This document shows, one piece after another, positions 25,200 through 36,044 of a stretch of DNA of 64,000 nucleotides. Made by a program: the position numbers and the translations under genes. The notes under the pieces are model-generated. The model searched no databases and was not told where the DNA came from. It saw nothing but the letters and a program-made list of their open reading frames with translations. Origin of the DNA: Psammoneis japonica (lineage: Eukaryota); the NCBI GenBank assembly GCA_008632985.1, contig QPGO01000097.1, forward strand, positions 186,001 through 250,000, given 5' to 3'. The stretch's first letter is position 1, and each line of letters starts with the position of its first letter.

Positions 25200-26344
25200 C
25201 TGGGAATCATGGGTTTGGGCTGACTCTCTGGGATTCCTGCCTTGACAGTGATCACATTGAACCATTCCAGAAGACATTTGGAGATGCAATGTTTGGCCTG
25301 ATGAAAATGATCCTTGTCAACCAGAATGTTGCACCTTGGGATGGCAGCAAGATTCTTGGATGGTGCAACATCTGTCACTCCTGTGACCCGCACAATTGCA
25401 TTGGACAGACAGAACAAAATTGCTTCAGCACAATGAAGCACTGGAATGACATGGGTCTTGACACTTGTTTTGCATTGTTTTTACACTGCTTTGTCAAAAG
25501 CCACTGGTTGGTCACAATGCCAGTGGGATGAGACAAGTGCAAGGAGGGGGTGTTCCTTCAGAGCTTCCAACAAGGCATGAATCATGTCTTTGGCTTGGTC
25601 ATGGGGAGTTTTGACAGCATGGAAATTGGCATGCAAGGATTGGTCTTTCAGAGATGTGGCAGAGACGTGTTCCAATGAACAGCTTCATGCATTGCCCCAC
25701 AACCAAGTTGGATGCCTTTGCCTTCTGTGTCTTGTAGATTGCATCATTCTGTTTCACATGGTGGTTGTGCCGCTGCTTGCCCCAAACTGCCTTGTCCTTC
25801 TCCTCTGACACAGTGTCTCCCAATGGTTGGCTCTGGTCTTTTGGCATGCTCTCCTGTCTCAGAGACACCAGCACCTGGTGCATCTCTGACATGCTTGCCA
25901 ATCTTTTCCATTGTTTCCATGCAAAACCATGTTCCTGTCATCCCAACTTGACAAAGGCGCGGCACACACCCACTCTTTGAAATGTTTTGTGCTGCCGCAC
26001 TCAGCTGTGTCCTTGCCCCCATTTCTGGAACTCACACTGGAGTGACATGGCTCACCAACATCTGTGCACTCTGTCTCAGCTTGCCAACCAGTGTGTTTTT
26101 AGTCTTGCAGACTCCAAACTCACCGCATGGCTTGCAAACACACATGTTGCCAACACACTGTTGACTGCTGCTGCCATGCATGTTGGCCGGGTGCAGAAGC
26201 CAAAAAGTGAGCACAAGACCCACAACGCAAACCAAGCTGCAAACACAAATTTGTCATGTCATTCACAATCATCTTCAGCACATCTTGCACTGCAACTTTG
26301 TCTGTCTGTCCTGTGAAAACCACCTCTGGCCCCAACGTCCAACA
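25200..26344 (-). mobile_element. 5' LTR plus degenerate gag of the same gag-LTR family
   Basis: Minus strand starts TGTTGGACGTTGGGGCCAGAGG at 26344; EKDKAVWGK...KAKASNLVVGQC is homologous to 14000-14130. Confidence 0.65.
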
Positions 26345-26424
26345 GCCAATGGCCAAAAAAGGAGCCAAGAAGGTTGGAGTCCAGAGGCTGAAATGAGGGC
26401 ATCAGAGAGCAAATGGACTTTGCT

Positions 26425-27095
26425 GCTGCCAAGGGACAGAAGGATCAAAGGTGAAACCTCTTTTTTCCCTCCAAGGGACAAAAGGTTTGGGTGCAAAACC
26501 TCTTCGCCCTCCAAGGGAAGATGGAATGCTAAAAAGTGAGAGCTTCTGCCCCCAAGGAAGAGAAGGTGTCAATTTTCAAGCAAAACTTTTTGACCCTCCA
26601 AGGGACAAAAAGGTTTTAAAGACAAAACCTTTTCACCCTTCAGAGGGCTTGGAAGCAAAACCTTTCACACCCTCTGTCATCACACCCTCCAAGGGATGGA
26701 GAGTGGAGAGGGTTGTTCGAAGGAGCTGAAGCACCGCCTTCAAATCCTCCATCCAGAGGGAGACAAAAGAGGGTTTTCAAAGTGTGAGACCTTTTTGCCC
26801 CCAAGGGACAGAAGGCACCCTCCAAGGGATGGATGGCCAGAAAGTGAAACCTTTTTGTCCTCCAAGGGACAAAAGGTTTTTGAAAGTGAGGCCTTTCGCC
26901 ACCCAACTGGGGGCAGAAGGTCAAACTTGAAACCTGCTCACCCTCCAGGGAGGGACAGAAGGTTTTGGGGTAAAAGTTTTTCACCCTCCATGGGATGGCA
27001 GGCCCCAAATGAAAAACCTTTTCACCCTCCAAGAAGAGGGGCAGATGGTTTTTAAAAAAAGTGAGGCTCCTTTTCACCCCCCAAGAAGAGCATCA
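26425..27095. repeat. Degenerate ~40-bp tandem array with palindromic core (AAACCTTTT-n-CCCTCCAAGGGACAAAAGGTTTT)
   Basis: About 15 recognisable copies of a CCCTCCAAGGGA-like core at roughly 40-bp spacing. Confidence 0.85.
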
Positions 27096-27123
27096 GGGGT
27101 GTGCCATGTGCGTGCGCGTGAGA

Positions 27124-27354
27124 TTCTAGCCCTAGACTCCAAGCCAAGCAATGAGAGGAAGCTGTGGCTGGGTGAGTCGCGGGGGTCATCGCGGAGGTAG
27201 ACTAGCGAGGGACAGACGGGAGGCCGAGGACGGAGGACAGACGGACGCGACGAGATCCCAGACATGACCAATCCACGCATTGTTCCCTTGGCAGTCAGCA
27301 TCAGAGGGGTGCAACCATGGTCCACTGCAGCAACCATGTCTCATTGCAAAATTA
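27124..27354 (+). repeat. Split direct repeat A1
   Basis: Matches 35578-35808 with 3 differences found (27132, 27259, 27332). Confidence 0.95.
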
Positions 27355-28214
27355 ACACTCTGTTGATGATTGCTAAGGATCGGGGAGCGATGTGCGTGCC
27401 CCAAACGTTCATTTTGTCAAATTCTGCGCTTGTGACAGAGCAATTTGACTGGGATTTCGGAACCGACTCATGAACAGTCGTTGTTTCCGACCCCTCTCCT
27501 TTTTACTGTGCCAATGCGGCAATGCCTGCTGTTGAGAGGACGGTCTCCTCTGTGCAACCAAATGCCACTTTCCTGATGACCGCTCAGTGCACGGGTTGTT
27601 CCCTCGCGGTGGCAATGGCCGCATGCCATCGGCCATGGTTGACTCCCTCGCTGGGACGAGGGTGGAACCATTGACACATTCACAAATGTGTGCCTCCTGA
27701 CAATGGCATCTCTCTTTCCTGCACACCAGTCATTCAACTGCCAGTCCCGCACGCTTGGCGATCGACCATGTGATGTGTCCATCTGCGCCACGAATGTTTC
27801 GATGCAGGCACGGAGCGTGTTGGGTCCTCCAAGTGCCAGTGCCTGCTTAAGAGCAACCGTTGCACAGGGTTTGCGGTTCACATTGTTTGCAGCCATTGAA
27901 AATTTTGAAAATCCAAATTAAACACCATGAGGAATCGTGTCGTGTCATCTCCGTTTTAATCATGATTTTCGAAAGTCATGGACAGGATGCTCCACCTGCA
28001 GAGTTCACGGCCGGACGCTGTGAGAGGGACTCCTCATAATTTCCGAAGTCAGCCATTTGCAACGAGACCGTGAAGTCATTGTTCAACGACCATGTTTGCT
28101 CCTTCCGCCACTGCTGTCCAGCGGGTTCGTGGTGCTGCCAACCAGCACCACACGACAGCGTTTCCATTCTCTGACGAGAACGCAATGGTCCTGGCTTCTG
28201 CGCTTTGACCAGGT

Positions 28215-30947
28215 GTGAACCATGAGGTTCACCACGCTGTCGCATCTGATCCGATGAAAGTGACCCAGTTTGCATTCATGCACTCAAAGCGGATCATGAT
28301 TCTCACCCGCCCTCAAGTGTTCACTTCGACGGCAGGGACTGCCTCTGTCATTGGGAGCTTGTCGGACGAGATTGGGAGTCATGCCCCAGTCTCTGTCGCT
28401 CTCGACTCCTTTCGAGCATCGATGACTTCGCTCCTCACGTTGCGATCGGTCACGGCTTTCCACCTTCCCAAGTTGGATCAGGCGCCGGATGCTGTTGATG
28501 GTCCAACAACTTTGGACGTGTTCCAGCCGCACGTGAACCAAATCGTGCACAAAAACGACATTTGCGCGATTTTTGCGCGGTCCCTAACTTACGATCGAAC
28601 TTTCACCACCAAAAGTATAGATTTATCCAAATGTGAATGTTTTGCAACACTAACAAGACTCGTGTGAGTGTTGCAATGTCATTGTCATTGTGCTGTCTAT
28701 GTTTTCCATTGCGTTAAAAGATTCGCAACACAACGGATGATTTTCGGCGAAAACATTGCCGTCATTTGGATGTTGCCTGAACACATCTTTCTACAATGCC
28801 ACTTGGTGGTTTTCTACCTACAAAGAAATCTCAGTGTAAATCCACTGACGTACAATCAGCATTGAGTCAACTGAGGAAGTTTGTGACACATGTCCCATGA
28901 GGACTTGAATGCCCCACAAAAAACTGTTTAAATGTTCATGCTCTAGACGCCTGTAAAAGCCAATCCGCTCAAGCATTTTTGTGAAAATGCTACATGCACT
29001 AAAAGATACATAATTTACACTCAAAATCGATTGTCGTTTTGTGCGTCACCTGGGACTGGAACACGTCTTTGCTGGAGGACGACCGGGTTGCATCCATGGG
29101 GCGTCTACACTTCCCGCCACCTGCGGCTGCGGACGACCATCCGCGGATTTCTGTGCCACCGCCATTCCCACCTTTGCCGCCAGGCAAGACTTTCCCCAGT
29201 GGCATTCCTGTGGATGAGCCCACTCCGGAGTTGGACGCGGATTTCCCTCTGGGAGCTGCATGGAAGCGTGGCATGCAATGCATTGCAGCAAACAACGACG
29301 AGCGCTCGGTTGCGAAGGGCGGCCCTTTGTTCGATGCGAGCCAGATTGACGATGCCGCGGATTTCGATGGTTTCGACATCGCGAATCGTCTGTTGCAAGT
29401 GGATGATGTGAGCATCCTGGCGCCTGTCACGGACTCATGCCATTCGGTCAAGCAGTCTGTGAAGGCTTTTGATGCCCTGGCATGGGGCTCCCCAGGAGCA
29501 GATGCTGATGCGGATGATGCAGCGGCGCCGGCAGTCGGTGGTGGTGGTGACAATGGCGGCATGACAAACAACCAAATTGTGGCGTTGTGTCAAGGGATTG
29601 CTGCAGCACCCCGTCCCCCTGCTTGGAAGGAAGAGGAGCGTCTCGAGGTTGCCACTGAGCATGCCCGGCGCTGGGGGTTGGTTGCGGGGTGTGTTGCTCC
29701 TCCGCCTGGTGGAATGGGTGAAGCGACGTTTGTTCTTGGAGAACTGCGCCCAGAATTTGTGGTGGCACTCAAGGTCTGACAAATTTGTGACCACCCGCAA
29801 ATTTTTGGATCTGGTTGCCCAAGTCTTGGCTGGGTTGTGTACGAGCAGTTCCTTTCTGGACAAGTCGGCGCACTTGTCGCACGAGGTGATCAATGAAGCG
29901 TTCACCACGAGTGTGCGTTCGTTCCACATGCATGCACAGCCTGCAACCTGCAGCGTGCAGGCTCTGCTGTCCAAGTTTTCCATTGTTCTTCTTCTGGAAC
30001 CTGACACGGCGACTTCGACGTGGGAGACAATCATGGATGAACATTCCAGTCTCCCGCTGCAGGAGCAGTGCAGTCAGTCGAAGTCGGACGTGGAACTGTC
30101 TGCCCTCAAGTCGTCAGTTCTGTGTGCTCAGGGAAGGATCAACACGCCGAAGGACATCACTGCTGCAGCATGTAACCTTCGTGCTTTTGGACCATGTCTG
30201 ACACCGGACTTCGACCAATCTGCGTTGTGGAAGTCGGTCAAGTCGCACCACGACGTGCTTGACTCGGAGCGTGGCGCCGAGTGGCTGGCACGTAATGCCA
30301 AATCACCCCAGGCATTGGTGAATGCACTGTTGGACATTCAGAACATCCTGGCGGAGTGTTTGATTGTCGGCAACCAGCCAGCGCATTGCAAGGCGATTGG
30401 CGCTGGGGACACTGTAGATCCGAGGATCTGCGACCAGGTGAGTGTGATTGCGAAGCAGCTTGCTGCGGAGTTGCAGACAGCAATCTCGTCGGGCCGCCCG
30501 GGATGCTGCAACACCATCACGGACGTTGCCAGAAAGCTCATTCCGGCATTGACCAAGTCAGACAAGTCTGCCCCGGTGGCAGCTGCAGATGGTGAGGCAT
30601 CTGAACCTGCCAAGAAAAAGCAGAAGACGCTTCTTTCGGATGAAGAAAAGGAGAAGCGTAAGAAGCTTGGCATCCTTGTGTACAGTGGCAGTGGCAAGCC
30701 GCCGCAGACCTGCCCAGTCTATGCCAAGAAGTCTCGTGACTCAACGGCAGAAGAGCGTTGCTGCACAAACTTCATGATGGTTGGGCGTTTCTGTGCCAAT
30801 GCGAACTGTCCGAAGCCTCACATCACGAATGCTAAAGTGTTGGGCAATGAAAAGGAGCAGCAGTTCTGTGGCTGGGTTAAAGAGACTGAGGGACTCAGTT
30901 TCGCACCTGGAAAAGGCCCTGCTGGTGAGGCTGCTGTCCAAACATGA
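28215..30947 (+). pseudogene. ORF1/gag of the YR retrotransposon, interrupted by a MITE and a frameshift near 29770
   Basis: ORFs 28215-, 29039- and 29577-30947; removing the MITE joins DGPTTL|LEDDRV in frame; C-terminal CTNFMMVGRFCANANCPKPH finger. True start uncertain. Confidence 0.75.
28515..29067. mobile_element. 553-bp MITE (non-autonomous DNA transposon)
   Basis: Perfect 12-bp TIR GACGTGTTCCAG/CTGGAACACGTC; inner inverted GCACAAAA(A)CGACA; 4-bp TSD TTTG (28511-28514, 29068-29071); AT-rich interior. Confidence 0.88.
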
Positions 30948-31156
30948 GCGACGCTCAATTGGAGACGATCATCGGTTGTGACACCATCCTCTGCTGTTTC
31001 TGTCTCTGATGGATGGCATGCACCAACGAACTAATCCTTTGTTTTGATCTTTGTGTGTTCATTTGTCACTGCAATGACGAAGCATTGCACAATGCGAGTC
31101 CAATCGTTCCTCTGTTGTCCGATTCATTGGCTTCTAGTTTGGGATTTGATCCTGTG

Positions 31157-33881
31157 ATGTCGTCAGGTCTGGCCGTGGAACCGTCACAGGCAGACATTGA
31201 CAAAGCAATGGGGAGCAAGGTGGATCCCCTTCCCGAACCGGAAGGTTTCTACCCAGTTCTGTCACAGGTCACGAAGGACACTTTCGGGTCACCACAAGAC
31301 TTGGTTCCCACCATCAACAATTCGTTTTGCAAGGCGGAGCGCGAGGCATGGAAGAGCACGTGTCTCCCGACCTCGGTTCAAGCAGCATTGGACAACCATT
31401 TGGCAAGGAATCAACATCGCAGTGTTTTCTTGCAGAAGCGTGTTTGCGACATGTGCTGATGCCACTGCGGAAGTCGGGGTTTCTGACTGTGTTGGAATGG
31501 ATGCAGTTTGCGGAAGCCATCCCTGAGGTCACGGAGTTCACAGCTCTGTTGGCGAAATGTGGTGATGTCAACTTCGGAGAAATTCGAGGATGCGCCAAAG
31601 ATTGGAAGAATGTCACCAGTGTGAGCCAGGAACATGTGGATGTGGTGTCCGCAGCGTTGCTGCATTTGAACGGGGATGCAGCTGCTGCTGTCCGGTGGAT
31701 TGGCGGTCCTCACATCGGACAGCACCGCCATGTTGATGCGATTGAGCGTTTTTTGAGTGGAGTGCTCGATGAGCAGCATGTGAAGCCACTGATTGCCATG
31801 TGCCGACACGGGTCGCCGTCATTCTGCAATGCAACATCAACGGAATCGAATTTCCAAGCGTGCTTCCAGCATGGCAGCCATTTGAGTGTCGACTCTGATC
31901 CAGAGAAAATGCTTAAAACGGTGGTGAAAGACGCGAAGAGGGGCCACACAATCCCATTTGATCGGCGCTTGATTCCGTTTCTGCTCAACTGTCATGTAAT
32001 GCCTCAAGGGATCGTTGATTTGGACAAACCGTGTGAGACTCCTCGCCCTGTTTTTGACAGCTCTTTTCGCCCAGAGAAGTGGAATGTGGCCATCAATGAT
32101 TGGATTTCCAAAGATGCGGAACCTCTGCTTTCGGACGAAAGCGCAGAGATGGATCTCATGAAATGGATCTACAACTTGCGCATTTTGCATCCGATGGAAG
32201 AAATCATGATTGGAGACGACGATGTCGGGGGGGCTTTTCATGACAACAAGCACCCACCAAACCTGGTTTCGATGCATGCCAGTGTCCAGGCAGGGTTTGG
32301 GACATTGCAGACTGGAAACAATTTTGGGGACAACATGAACCCATCAAATTGGCAAGTCATTGCAACAGCACATCAGCAGCTGGCGCGGATGCCATGGCAT
32401 TCATCGGAAGCAATTGAAATGACTGCTCCGTTCATGCCGGAGATCCGACATTGCGAGGCACCCAGCGATGAGGAAATTGCAGCATTTGCACCTGCAACTG
32501 CAGATTCCGCTAACAGAGGTGTACACGATGAAGAGGGTTTTCGATTGGCGCCACCTCACACGCATCATGTTGACGACAACATGCATGCGGACGTGAGGGA
32601 GCACCTGCCTCGGACGTTGATGGCCAGTGCCCTCTCCCTGTTCTGTGTGTTGGGTTTTCCGCGAGAGGAAGTCCCATTGAGTCTCAGCATGGAGAAACTC
32701 AACACTCTGTTTGGGCACACCCGCCGAGTGGTCGGGCGGGCCTTTAATTCTTGTGCGCCAGCGATTGGTGTGCTGGACTACAAAAAGGAACAGCTGATTG
32801 AAATGCTTGCAGTGTGGATTGAAACTGTTGTCACTTGCGACCTGGTGGACGCCACTGGTCTCAATGGTTTGCTGAGAATCACACAAGATGCACGCGTTGG
32901 GCACGTCCTCTTTTTTTCCAACTTCAGAACGAAATGCGAGCCGCCTTCAAACAATGGTTCTACACAGTTCGGCGACAGTGCAAGAAAGAAGTGAGGACGG
33001 AACAAATTCTCCACCAGCTGCTGAGTGCTCAGCACAAGCGAGTTGATCAGATCGTTGCGAAAGAGATGGCGGCATCACTCTGGCAAACGCGAGCGAAGAT
33101 TCGCATGTCGGACGCGCTCCGACACTCCCTCGTCCTGATTGGGCATTGTCTTCAGACAATGCCTGACTCTTTCTCAGAATGCGTTGGTTTCATTGCACCA
33201 AGAGACCCCAACATCCACAGTTGGGGGGACGCCTGTGCGGACTCTGGGGGAGGTGGGTTCTGCCCCACGCTCAAGTTCTGGTTTGACATCGGATGGAGCA
33301 AACGCGTTCTGCACGGGGTCAATCATGCTCGGCCATCGACACAAGGGCATCTCCATGTCAACCAGTTGGAATTCCTAATTGTGGTTGTCCAATTTGCAGG
33401 AATTACAATGAGACTGCACAGTGTGATGAGGCAACAAGCAGAAAGTTACTTTCCGAATGGGGTGCCCCCTCGGCCAGTTGCACTTGCCGAATGTGACAAT
33501 GCCACCTCCGTGAAATGGAGCAACAAGGCATCTTCTACGTCGCGCAATGCTCAGGCCATCATTGCCTTTTTCTGTGAACTCCTCCATGACTCAGGGATCG
33601 GGCATGACGCTCGATGGCTCGCGGGGATGCTGAATGAGTTGGCGGATGCCATTTCGCGCCAACCCAACTTTGCTCTTCCTCTTTGCATTCGTTGTGCTCA
33701 GCTGTGTCAGACGTGGCCTGTGATGAAGGACGGGGACTGTTTCCTCCCGAGTCCCGAGCTGCTGCAGGGCCTCTGCTCTGCTCTGTTCTCAGTGTCAACA
33801 GCGGCGCCAGTCAAGATCCCAAGAAATTTGGGACAGTTCGTTCGCGCAGAATCCATTGCTTCTGGTTTGCCCATGATGTGA
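31157..33881 (+). pseudogene. pol (reverse transcriptase and RNase H) of the YR retrotransposon, frameshifted
   Basis: PRPVFDSS, DDDVGGAF, NFGDNMNPSNW, HVDD (32566); RNase H WGDAC, HVNQLEF, CDNATSVKW, GMLNELADAISR. Confidence 0.88.
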
Positions 33882-34954
33882 ATTGGCACAAGGACAATCT
33901 GGGGATGACAATGCAGAACCTTTCCCTGGAAAGGTGCCAATGCATGATGGCAATCCATGCGTTGCATCTCGCTTCAGGGTGCACATTGTTCTGCAAGCAG
34001 ATCAAGCTTGACACAACAAAGCAGCACCTGCTTGCAGTGGCGACGTTCTGCGCGTTGTTCAGCAAGGTTGCAAGGGACACACAGAAGATGAACCCCATGG
34101 AGAAGGAGTTCTGTCCCCTGCTCAAGAATGTGTTTGAACATGTGCAGGAGTGTGAGGACGAACCTGACCGCCGTGAGCCTGTCACCCCGGAGATGACACA
34201 AGAGCAGATCCGCCGTGGGGAGGTCGCAGCAGAAAAGGAGCCGGATGGTCTCGTTGCCATCCAAGGCGATTGGAGCCAAGTGGCGCTGTCTGGTGGCTTG
34301 CGGTGTGGTGAACATGCTCAGTCAAAAAATGAGAAAAGCCCGCAGCGCCTGCAACAAAATTTCAAGAACGACACCGAAGCATTTGCTCTGCGTGACGTTC
34401 GAATCCAAACGAAGGACAGGAAGCGCCGCAAAGGAGCGGATGTTGCCGATGCCCCACTGAGCAGCATTGATCTGATGTGGATCAAGTTCCGCACTCAGAA
34501 GAATGGGGACAACGGTCAAGAAATCAAATTCAAACACAAGGCATTGTCGAAGATCAGCTGTGTCCGAGCGATGCACCGGATCACATGCCGTTTTGCATGG
34601 TTGCGGGGACGGAACGATCATGAGACACCCTTGTCGACACACAAAAGTGAGAAGGACGGTCTGCAACTGCTTGCTGCAAATGACATTGCGAAGGAACTTT
34701 GGGGCATTGCTGCAAAGCTGCATTCCCTGCACCCGGCACGAGACGCCGATGCCATCAAGCGTTGGACTGGCCACTCGCGCCAAATTGGAGCATGCTGCAT
34801 GTGTCACAGCATGGGGATGTCGTCAGTGGACCTCAAACGTGAGCTCCGCTGGAGATCGGACACATTCATGAGATGCCTGCGGAACACAAACATCCTTGCG
34901 GAGGCAAAGAACGACGCCATTGACAAGGCTGTTTCCCTTCCAGACTTGTTCTAA
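33683..34954 (+). pseudogene. Tyrosine recombinase of the element, catalytic Tyr replaced by Cys
   Basis: GLRCGEH, FRTQKNG, WTGHSRQIGA and LRWRSDTFMRCLR (TGC at 34874 where the catalytic Tyr is expected); zero Tyr in 423 aa. Confidence 0.9.
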
Positions 34955-35361
34955 ATTGGGGCTGTGCCCAACAAAGTGGCCTCCCAAACTCAGGGTGTGA
35001 AGACGGATGTCATGCGACCCGTTCCCTCTCTGGGCGATGTCAGCTCACACACTGTTGACCTTGTGTGTCAATAAATTCCGATTTCAAATTCGAAATTTTC
35101 ATTGACAACTTCATGCTGTAGATGACACACCTCAGTGAGGAGGCAGTGCGAAAGTTGTGACGATTTACCGCCTTTTTCTTCCATTTCTGCCGTGTTCCCC
35201 TCTTTTTTGTCTGTCTTTCTTCTCTTTTTTCTTTTTTTTTTCTCTTTTTTTCTTTTTTTCTTTTTTCCGGTGGATCTCACCTCCGATGACATGGGCGCGG
35301 ACGTGCGCACGCCTCTGGTGTGTTTCACTGTCAGGCGCATGCGCTGCGTCGGCTCGACATG

Positions 35362-35577
35362 GGCTGTTTCGGCACAGTGCCGGATATCCTCTATTTTGTC
35401 TAGGCTACGTTGCTGTAGACCTTCAGACTCGCATATCCGGGTTCCTATTAGCTACTACTTCTACGGTGCAACTACTACTGTCTATTGTACACCCTAGATC
35501 TAGTGCTGTGGATCACTGTTGCACGTCATCGAGGTGCTGATCCGCTGAGGCGGTGGCCGGGAATCCCATGGGGATTC
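35362..35577 (+). repeat. Split direct repeat B1
   Basis: Identical by eye to 35829-36044. Confidence 0.95.
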
Positions 35578-35808
35578 TTCTAGCCGTAGACTCCAAGCCA
35601 AGCAATGAGAGGAAGCTGTGGCTGGGTGAGTCGCGGGGGTCATCGCGGAGGTAGACTAGCGAGGGACAGACGGGAGGCCGAGGACGGAGGACAGACGGAC
35701 GCGACGAGATCCTAGACATGACCAATCCACGCATTGTTCCCTTGGCAGTCAGCATCAGAGGGGTGCAACCATGGTCCACTGCAGCGACCATGTCTCATTG
35801 CAAAATTA
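35578..35808 (+). repeat. Split direct repeat A2
   Basis: Matches 27124-27354. Confidence 0.95.
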
Positions 35809-35828
35809 TCCCACCTCATTCCCACCCT

Positions 35829-36044
35829 GGCTGTTTCGGCACAGTGCCGGATATCCTCTATTTTGTCTAGGCTACGTTGCTGTAGACCTTCAGACTCGCA
35901 TATCCGGGTTCCTATTAGCTACTACTTCTACGGTGCAACTACTACTGTCTATTGTACACCCTAGATCTAGTGCTGTGGATCACTGTTGCACGTCATCGAG
36001 GTGCTGATCCGCTGAGGCGGTGGCCGGGAATCCCATGGGGATTC
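35829..36044 (+). repeat. Split direct repeat B2
   Basis: Identical by eye to B1; separated from A2 by the 20-bp spacer TCCCACCTCATTCCCACCCT. Confidence 0.95.

Larger units (their letters stand above)
6480..35050. other. TpA-depleted, TG/CA-enriched transposon block
   Basis: TA nearly absent by eye; six-frame ORFs are Cys/His/Gln-rich and almost Tyr-free; contains copia, LINE, gag-LTR and YR-retrotransposon sequence. Confidence 0.9.
27124..36044 (+). mobile_element. Full-length tyrosine-recombinase retrotransposon (DIRS order, Ngaro/PAT-type split direct repeats A1-gag-pol-YR-B1-A2-B2)
   Basis: 231-bp A repeats, 216-bp B repeats, gag with CCCH-like finger, RT, RNase H and YR ORFs; TTC shared at both element ends. 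Confidence 0.93.

Noticed and set aside
26425..27095. CRISPR-like repeat-spacer appearance
   Set aside because: Repeats are degenerate, the intervening sequences resemble each other, there are no cas genes, and the context is eukaryotic.
6400..27100. Hundreds of overlapping Cys/His-rich ORFs in all six frames
   Set aside because: Artefact of TA loss (no TAA/TAG stops) and TG/CA excess; not genes or cysteine-rich peptides.
18978..34954. Alternative genetic code or ADAR-type RNA editing as the cause of Tyr>Cys/His
   Set aside because: Host genes use Tyr normally; both TA>TG and TA>CA occur in one element; non-coding DNA and duplicated arms are affected too.
6480..35050. Classical RIP or simple CpG decay as the sole explanation
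   Set aside because: RIP raises TA and adds stops; CpG decay does not remove TA, and the YR element retains CG.
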